Origin: Marsupella aquatica
Taxonomy: Eukaryota > Plantae > Marchantiophyta
Length of the DNA stretch: 64,000 nucleotides
Assembly: GCA_973895155.1 (NCBI GenBank)
Contig: OZ316898.1
Span: 3,410,480-3,474,479, forward strand
Direction of reading: 5' to 3'
Each line of letters opens with the position of its first letter. Position 1 is the stretch's first letter. The translations under genes and the position numbers were made by a program. Positions 50,001 to 64,000 of this stretch are shown here, piece by piece. The notes below the pieces were generated by a model. The model was not told the origin of the DNA, made no database searches, and was given only the letters and a program-made list of their open reading frames with translations.

Positions 50001-50438
50001 CCAGCCGTGACACACGGCCCGGTGCCGGACGTTGGCGGCAAGGGGAAGGAACCGGCTATGGAGATAGTGAAGAAGAAGAAGCGGAAACCTTCGGGGTCCG
50101 GAGGTTATTCGACCCCTCAAGCCGTACTCAAACCGGTACCAACCTCCGGCATGAACACGGCAATAGATCCCGCTATCACCAAAGGTGGGGATGGCGCGAC
50201 CCCAGCCAAACTACTCAGTAATGAGGCCGGTATTCCAGATCCACCTCTTGAGCAGGCCGGGGAGGCCGTAGCCGTGAAGGATTTCTGAGCCGAGGCTGAA
50301 GCCGATGGTGGGCCCAGTCAGGCCGATGAAAAGTTGACTCGATCAGAGGTAGGTAATCTGTCAGAGAACGGACCAATGGCAGTGGTTGCGGAGGGAGCGT
50401 TGGGGGCGTCCATTGAGGATCCACCACCGGTGTCGTGA
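47070..50438 (+). pseudogene. Decayed ~1,120-codon TE-associated ORF (plant-transposon/PMD-like domain plus long coiled coil)
   Basis: ORF-track pieces 47196, 48153 and 49017 all share one frame from ATG 47070, broken only by in-frame stops at 47178, 48138, 48753, 48999 and 50286. LEFVGSWE..YGKDFYLTPKVIAEVFGLP resembles plant transposon accessory domains; heptad-rich region at 49150-49920. Confidence 0.7.
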
Positions 50439-51445
50439 CGGTGCAAGGGCGTCGTTCCTTTTAGGAAGGGCGAACGTGGAGGTAGGAGGCGTGAGTGGGC
50501 AGGGCGGGCGCTGATCTCCAAGTTTAAGATTAGGATCAGGACCAGGAGCGGCCCTGACACTTAGCTTAGTGGGATTGCGGTTCCACTGGCAGGAGCAACA
50601 CTTGTGCTCCTGCCTTGCTGTACATAGGTAGATTCGGGCAGGTAGATTACTGTTAGGAAGGTTAGGCTTACGCTGCAAAGAATTAGGCGGATCCACTACC
50701 AGGATAAGTACCTGGGCAGCGGGGAGCTCAGGGCCTCTTCTTTAGCAAGTTTTTAGTTTGCACCAGCCGGGCTGGGATCAAGTAGTAAGAGAAGCTCTCG
50801 GTTAGTCATACAATGACCCTTGTGTATATTCATGTTTCCTCATGCCTAAGAGCTGAATAGAGTTGGCCTCACGGCTTAGTTCGCAGAGCTTGTGTATGAG
50901 ATGTACTGTTTGTATGGCAAGCGCATGGTATGACTCAGTCAGAAGGAGTCATTTTGCTATTTGTGTGTCGCATTAACTTGTGTGAAGAGTGCCCATATCA
51001 ACCAACAGAGGAAGGAAAGTAAGGAGGGGAGTGAGAGTTGGATGTGTCGAGCTGAGAGAGGTCTTAGCGGCTTAACCAAGCCTATTGGGGATCATTCCGG
51101 TGGCGGAATCCAAACATACCTAACCAGAAGGAGAGGAAGACAAGGGAAGGCCTAGATTAGGCCGGCTACGTATCTCATGACCCGATGAAGGATCTGTCCA
51201 GTATATGTGTGTAAAATGTTAATAGTAGTAGTAGAAGGAGGTTAGCAGCGTCCCATGCTGCTAAAGCCGTAGAAACGGCCTCGCCAAGCGCGAAACCTGC
51301 GGGAATCGGCTTGCGCTGGGGGGTTTCTTGGGTTTAGGGAGCCATGAGACGCACCACACTTATTCAACCAAGAACCTTGAATGTCAATTGGAATTTTGGA
51401 AGAAGAATTCAAGCTGATGTTCCTAACTTGCCTGGTTAAGTTCAT

Positions 51446-54400
51446 GGACTACATGAAATCAGACTCAACACAAAACCAGTAATATATATCAAACTGCCAA
51501 AGAGCAGGAGGCGCTAACCGGGAGACAGGATCCCACAGGTCAAAAAACCCAATCAAGGGAAAACAAGAAAAAAGGCCAAAAGGCCAAAGAGCAAAAACAA
51601 AAAAGACCAGGCACAAGCCCAGCCCAAGGAGAACAAAGGACACACAAACCTAAAGACTACCTAACGGCAAAGTGAAGGGCCTGATAAAGCTCCGTCGTGA
51701 ACTGCATAGGGGGGTCAAGCAATGGAATCCGACTAGATGCCCGGACTCCAACCGCCTTGCCTCTACGAAGGATAGTGAAGGCCTGTGCACGCTGAAGTGC
51801 AATGGACACCCTCTGTCTAAAAAAGGATGTGATAACAGAGACTGGTGGATAAGGCCGTCGCTCGACATAATGAACCGCACAGGAGCGCAAGAACTGGTCA
51901 AAGGTCGGGTGCAGCGCTCCAAAGGCCTTCACGGCAAATGGGTAGAAAAGGTCCCCTGGGTAACGCATAGCATAAGCCTCCTCCTTGAGGCGAGCAACCC
52001 TTGTGGCAGCATGACCTGGGATGTGGGCAGCGGACGCCAAATTGGCTCCACTAGTGAGGTCAGCAACAACCACATCCCCAAGGGCACGAACACCAGCGCG
52101 AGAGAAAACCAAATCGGCCCGACGCCTGTCCGGTACTCCATCCCGGGGTGGTAACACATGTCGTTGCTCCATCATAACATGATACCCAGAATCACGAGCG
52201 ATGGCGGCTACCACATCCCGGATGTCATCGTGTGTCGCCGTCCGCTCACTACCATGACCACATCGTAGGATATGGATTCCCCCCCTATCCAAGGGCACTC
52301 CACAAACACATGTGGGTTGCCCAAGGAGGCATGGGTGGGGAAGACCAAGACGGAGGCGCATGGAAGTGGTGAAGACAAAAGAACTCATACGAAAGGGGGC
52401 CCACAATGGGCTCACAGATAACCAAGCCCCCGAACCAACGCCCGAACCGGATAAAAGACGCGCTCGAACCAAGTTAGAGGGTGTGTCGGAAAGCATGCTA
52501 GAAAGGGTGAATCGGTGCATGCGATCAGAGATCACCTGTTGAACTCGGTCGGGACTGTCCAAAATAACTCCCTCAAAAGCAGGGACCACGCTCTGCACAT
52601 CATCCGGTAATAAGGACCGGGCATGACGAAGCTAGATCTGAAAAGGGAGAGCTCCGTTCTCCACTCCCATGACCGAGTCAGAGAGGATAGGCCGAAGGTC
52701 CACAATGAAACGTGACGCCAAGGCGGGGGCCACCTGCGCCCAACTGCCAAGAAACGCACAAGGAGCAGCAACCACAGCCGAGGACACCCCCAAACCACCT
52801 CCCGATGGGGGCAGAGACGCCTGCCTAGCCGCAAAAGAACCATCATCTCCATCAAGGGCTCCAGGACCGATGAGGTGACCAAAGACCCGCATCACGGTGG
52901 TGTCAAAGGAAGAGAGCAAGGACAAAAACGCTGGGGTGGGGGGGACCGTCCGTAGAAGGTATGATGGTCGGCGAACAAAACACAAAACCAGAATCAAGAA
53001 GGCAATCTGGACATCCCCCAAAGCCACCAGCTGGTCAAGGTGCGCAACATCCTGGTCCAAGGCAGACTGTAGAAACTCCTGCTCAAAGGCCGTCCCCCCA
53101 AACGGCACCCCAAGGACCCGAATGCCATCATGTCTAATGGGGATATCAAGAGGGGGGGAGAATGAGTCCGGGAGAGGAAGACGGGACCAGACCCCACACT
53201 TCCTAGGCTGTACTGACAAACCAATAATGGCAAGCTGCTGAACAAAATGGATATAGGCATCTCCAAGAAGCAAGGCAGGAGCAACAATGTGAGTATCGTC
53301 AGCAACCTGGAAAAGCACCGGAAGATGCCCGGATGGCCCGAAGATGAGCCAAGGCAAACAACGCACCACCAAGGGGATCCCCCTGTCGGGTGCCGGACTC
53401 TGACATAATGGTGGAGTATGTCCCAGACGCCAGATGGTCAGAGTAGACCAAGGGGGCAGGGGTCCCATAAAAAGCCCGAGCAAAAGGGATGAGGGATGCA
53501 ATCTTCCCCCCAGCATCCCGAAGCTCCTCAAAAATCACACGACGGGAGACAGAGTTGAAGGCATTTGGCAACATCCACCTGAATGACCCCCCAATCAGGG
53601 TGGAGGTCCAAAATGGCACGCAAGCCATGTACCACGCTCTCACAACCGCCCGGGGTGGCCACGCCGAACTGGTGGGGGAAGAAGTGTGAAGCAAACGGTG
53701 CACTCATCTGTAAACAAATGCAGCGGCTAACCAGACGATACAGGACCTCCCCAATGGCCAGGGGTCGAACACCACCCGTCTCCTTGGCCAAACCCATGAG
53801 CCGACACGCCCCCAAGAGCCGAGCGACAACAGGCGGAATGCGGCCACCTGCAACATGAGCACACACCTGGAACAACTCCTGGAAACCCGACGCCGAGTCA
53901 TCGGGGGAGAAGCAGTCCCTGAGGTGCTCGAACCTCATCCCAGAGATGCCCCCAGCAGAAAGACGGGGCAAATGAAGGAAGACAGAGGAAAAAATTTCGC
54001 GAGAAAGGGAGAACTCAACCTCCGAAGAGAAGCTCCCTATGAAACCTGGAACCGCGCAAGAAGTCGGGGGATGAAGGGACCGAAGGGCCGCAACCGTCTC
54101 GATCGAAGGAGGAGAGGGGGAAAGGGGAACCAAGGAACGTGTGGCCCGAGAAAACTCCCCCTCCTGTCCCAACAAAAGGCATCGGCGAAGGCGGCGCTGG
54201 ACAGGAGGGACCAGAGGTTCCTCCTCAAACTCAGAGGCCCTAGAGGCCAACGCAAGAAGCCGGTGATAGAACTCCTCCTGAAGCAAAATCCAGTCCCCCG
54301 ACAAAAACCGTTGCAACCTGGCAATGGTCTCCCTATGCCCGGCCGGGCCCCCACGAGGAGGGAGGGTCAACACCCAATGAGGAAGCAAGAGGAGTAGGGA

Positions 54401-55470
54401 CCAGGCACCAACATCAGTGGGGTCACGCGCCAGCCGGTCAAAAGGAAGACGAAAGGCTTGCCGAAGCAGGGGCCGCAAGGGCACAAGAATCCGGGTATAC
54501 AATCGAGGATGCCGGAAACCGGGGTAAAGAGCCGCAAGGACATCCAGGTGGGCCAGCCAATCCCAGGAAGAAGGGGGGGGGGCAGACGGGGGAGGGGGAA
54601 GGGGGGCAGGGGGAAGCACAGAGGAGGAGAAAGCACGAAGAGCGGGACATGAGCGACGATGGCGAGTCAGACCAGATGGTTGGTACCAACTGTGACAAAC
54701 ATCACACTAGACACGGGAATCAGAAGGAGAAGTGGGGGGGGGGAAGAGGGGCGGATCCGACGAGCTGAACGAGGGGTGGAAGATGGGGAAGCCATAGGGA
54801 CAAGAGTGGTAGGTGGTGAACTAGGATAGGAGAGGGGTTCCATGGGAAAATGCTGGGAAAAAGTTGGGATAAAGGGTGGGGGCAAAGGAAACGAAAATAA
54901 ATGAACGGAACAATGAGAAAAGAGTACAAGAACAACACCGGAAAGCTCGAGCAAAACAAAAACATAAACGAAGGAACAAGGGATGGATGTCCAAGGCAAA
55001 GAACCTCAACCCGGTAGTGGCAAGCCGCGCCGAACACAGAAACCTGGTAACTCGAAGGAACGCCTCCAATGACCGAACGAAAAAACCCCGCAGGCACGGA
55101 GCCAGAGTGCGAACGGGTACCGCCTATGGTGGGGGCCCAGCCCCACCAACCAAACCAGGTCCGGGGCCGCCAAGCACAAATCCGCCAAGGAAAACCGGGC
55201 CGCCAAGAAACCCAACCCAACTGGGGCCGCCAAGAAACCAAAACCCAACCCGGGGGGGGGGGGGGCAACCTTCCCAGGTCCAGGGCCGTCAAACCCGGGC
55301 GCAGGGCCACTCGTCCCGGGCCCAGGGCCACCCTTCCCGGGCGCAGGGCTGAGCCGGGAGCGTCAGCCCAGGCTGACGACCTCCGCTCCAGGGGGCTGGG
55401 GGACCCTCATTATTACCCCCACGCCTCCTGAAACGCACCTCCGCTTTGCCGCACCTCGCCCCACCTCCGC
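51446..55470 (-). mobile_element. CRE-clade-like non-LTR retrotransposon (Zn finger, RT, CCHC, RLE endonuclease), inactivated
   Basis: Single-ORF layout ~54843-51657. N-terminal CDVC-x12-H-x3-C; RT motifs SAGGISG, GGVRPLAIGE, QFGVATPGG, DVxNAFN, GTRQGDPLG, ADD, GIRVLGVPFG; C-terminal CVC..H..C, HD, RADL..D, K...Y. Stops at 54707 and 52632; frameshifts near 54740, 53570 and 53305. GC-rich repetitive 5' UTR. No APE domain seen. Confidence 0.85.
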
Positions 55471-55587
55471 TGCTCGCCGCACCAATAGTAACAGACAGGG
55501 GATCTTTGGTGATACTCAAGTGACAGGTCATTTGTTGGACCGGACTGTAAAAGTGTGCTACCCAAGCATATTTCAATGTTTGTGACC

Positions 55588-55770
55588 CATGGGAGCTTCT
55601 TTTCTAATAATTTGCTTAATTTTCCATGTTTATAATTTACTTAAAAATGCAGTGCCTAGGAGTCCATGGGAGCATCATGGACAACGTGTACACCATGGCA
55701 GCTTCTTTTCGAATAATTTTGTAATTTTCGATGTTTATAATATCCGTAAAAAATGCACTGCCAAGGAACG
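55588..55770. repeat. ~105-bp direct duplication
   Basis: CCATGG.AGCTTCTTTTC.AATAATTT...ATGTTTATAAT...AAAAATGCA.TGCC.AGGA occurs twice. Confidence 0.7.
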
Positions 55771-57455
55771 TGAACCCGGCTAGAAACCGGCAGTATAGAT
55801 ACAACAGAATATCCGGGAACCCCGAATAATAAGGAGGATGCCATTATTGTAATAACGAAAAGCTGGGATGACGAAAGGGAGGAGGGTGGTTAGCGGCTCC
55901 CCCGATTGGACAGAACGGGATAACCCGGCAGGGATTTATGGACGTATGGACGCTAGGTTCTCCCTCAACAATGGCCTCTGAATCGACGGCCCACATGCGC
56001 CGATGTCTCCACCAGCCTTACTCCCGCCGTCGATCCCTTAGTTCACTTTCCGAAAATCACGTTACGAACGATGCAGTTCAGCATGCTCCGGATCAGGGGC
56101 CGGAGACCGGACCCCGGTTGAATTCGACGAAGGGCGGTCGCTCGGGGTCAAGGGGCGGTCCCGCCAAAGCTGACGTAGGAAGGTGGAGTTGAGGTAGCGG
56201 TTTCGAGTCTAGGGCAGCATGGGAGGGGTATTGTATGGGGGCGCAGTGACGCAAGCAGAGTGAAGGGGGAGCAGGAGCCACCAACGAGAACGTCATGGAA
56301 CCCAGTGTGTCAGCAGTGACGTGGGTGGGTGAGGGAGGCTCGAGGGTGGAGGGTGCTGATTCTTCCATGGGTCCCGGAATCTGGGGGGGAAGGCGGAACG
56401 AGAGCTTCCTCGTGTGCTCTAGTATGCGGTCCTCAATTACTTGTCAAGCGATTGAGCCCTCGAGAATTGTGGCATGGTCGATAGATCTGTTGTTTTCTGC
56501 GTCTGTCTGTCTGTCTCTCTGCGAGGGAAAGGAGGCGAGATCGGAGAGCGGAGAAATTGATGTCGAGGAGATGAGGAAAAGCGGGTGAGGAAGCGAAACC
56601 GGGACGTATGCGAATGCTGGACGAGAGAGTTTTGGTCGATCCCGATTCGTGAAGGTGATAAGTAGGAGGAGGGTGGAGGAGGAGGAGTAGATATGCAAGT
56701 TCCGACTGCGCGGGTCTTGCAGCACCCTTGTGGCCATTACTCTCTGAGTCAGATTGAGCAGCAGCGGATTGCCGTTACTGTTCCATCGTTCCATTGTTCT
56801 TCGTCCCAGCCCCTCGCTGCCTCGGTTACGACTTTCTTCCGCAATTCTTCCGTGTCGCTAAGGTTGGGAATGTGATCTCTTCTGTGGTGGAGTTCTTGGA
56901 ATTGCATCGTAGGGCAGTTGTCTGACCCTTGTTGGATGTCAATTGCGATTGCTCTGGTACGAGAAAATGCGCGGCTTTTCGTCTTCTATTTCTCTGCAGT
57001 TCTTGCGGTGGATGGATAGGGTGATGGCGTTGCTTTTTTGGAGAACTTTTCACAATTTATCGGCATCCGGCATGGCGCATTTTGAGTCGTTGTGATCCGT
57101 TGCTCTCGTTCTGTCGGGCATTATGTATGGCCGATCACGATAGCTCTCGTCCGAGGCTGCGAATTGGTTTCCGGAAGTGTGCGTGTGTCGTGCTTCGCCT
57201 ACCGATTTGAACGTGTTTCGGTTTCCGACGATGATCGTTGGCGTGACTTGACTTTTTACATGACGGAATGCGTGTACGAGGCCAAGGTTGCGCGCTGAAT
57301 TGATCGGAGACAATGTGACTTGACGACTGAATCGTGCTTCATTTTTGGAGTCTTAATTTCCTCGCTATGGATTTCATTGGTGGTACAGGAGCCGGGGGCC
57401 GAGTCGCAAGCTGTTGGCTCGAAAGGCATCTTTGAACTCGCCGCAGTGCGCAGTC

Positions 57456-64000
<6,545 letters not shown>

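Noticed and set aside
53855-55431. Arg/Gly-rich + strand ORFs over the retrotransposon
   Set aside because: Antisense shadows of the GC-rich RT ORF and 5' UTR.
55900-57300. Minus-strand ORFs suggesting a gene divergent from GPI
   Set aside because: Better explained as the GPI promoter and 5' UTR (donor ~56863, acceptor ~57388); the translations lack protein-like features.

Overview
Eukaryotic nuclear DNA from a land plant. It is most likely a liverwort (inference from an alpha/beta-hydrolase-NB-ARC-LRR gene, a Cys-less germin-like protein and GT-AG introns). Host genes, left to right: an intronless CCDC174/At4g18257-like gene (+), an intronless unknown 181-aa protein with an N-myristoylation motif and a long Ala/Gly hydrophobic core (-), a germin-like protein (+), BolA (+, 3 exons), U11/U12-31K/ZCRB1 (+, 8 exons), a hydrolase-NLR (-, 5 exons, premature stop in the LRR), an intronless TRM1 (-), RCE1/FACE2 CAAX protease (-, 8 exons) and cytosolic GPI (+, runs off the window end). 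A repeat-rich block at about 41.5-55.5 kb holds a Helitron-like minisatellite element, a decayed ~1,100-codon TE-type ORF whose five stops all look like C-to-T deaminations, and a near full-length CRE-type (RT plus RLE) non-LTR retrotransposon. 3' fragments of that retrotransposon recur at 35.0-35.8 kb (amplified into an 86-bp tandem array) and 42.2-43.0 kb. Best leads: the unknown myristoylated hydrophobic-hairpin protein, the hydrolase-NLR locus with its adjacent tRNA-derived element and relic paralog, the CRE family and its satellite, and anomalies in ZCRB1. All calls were made by eye, without database searches.
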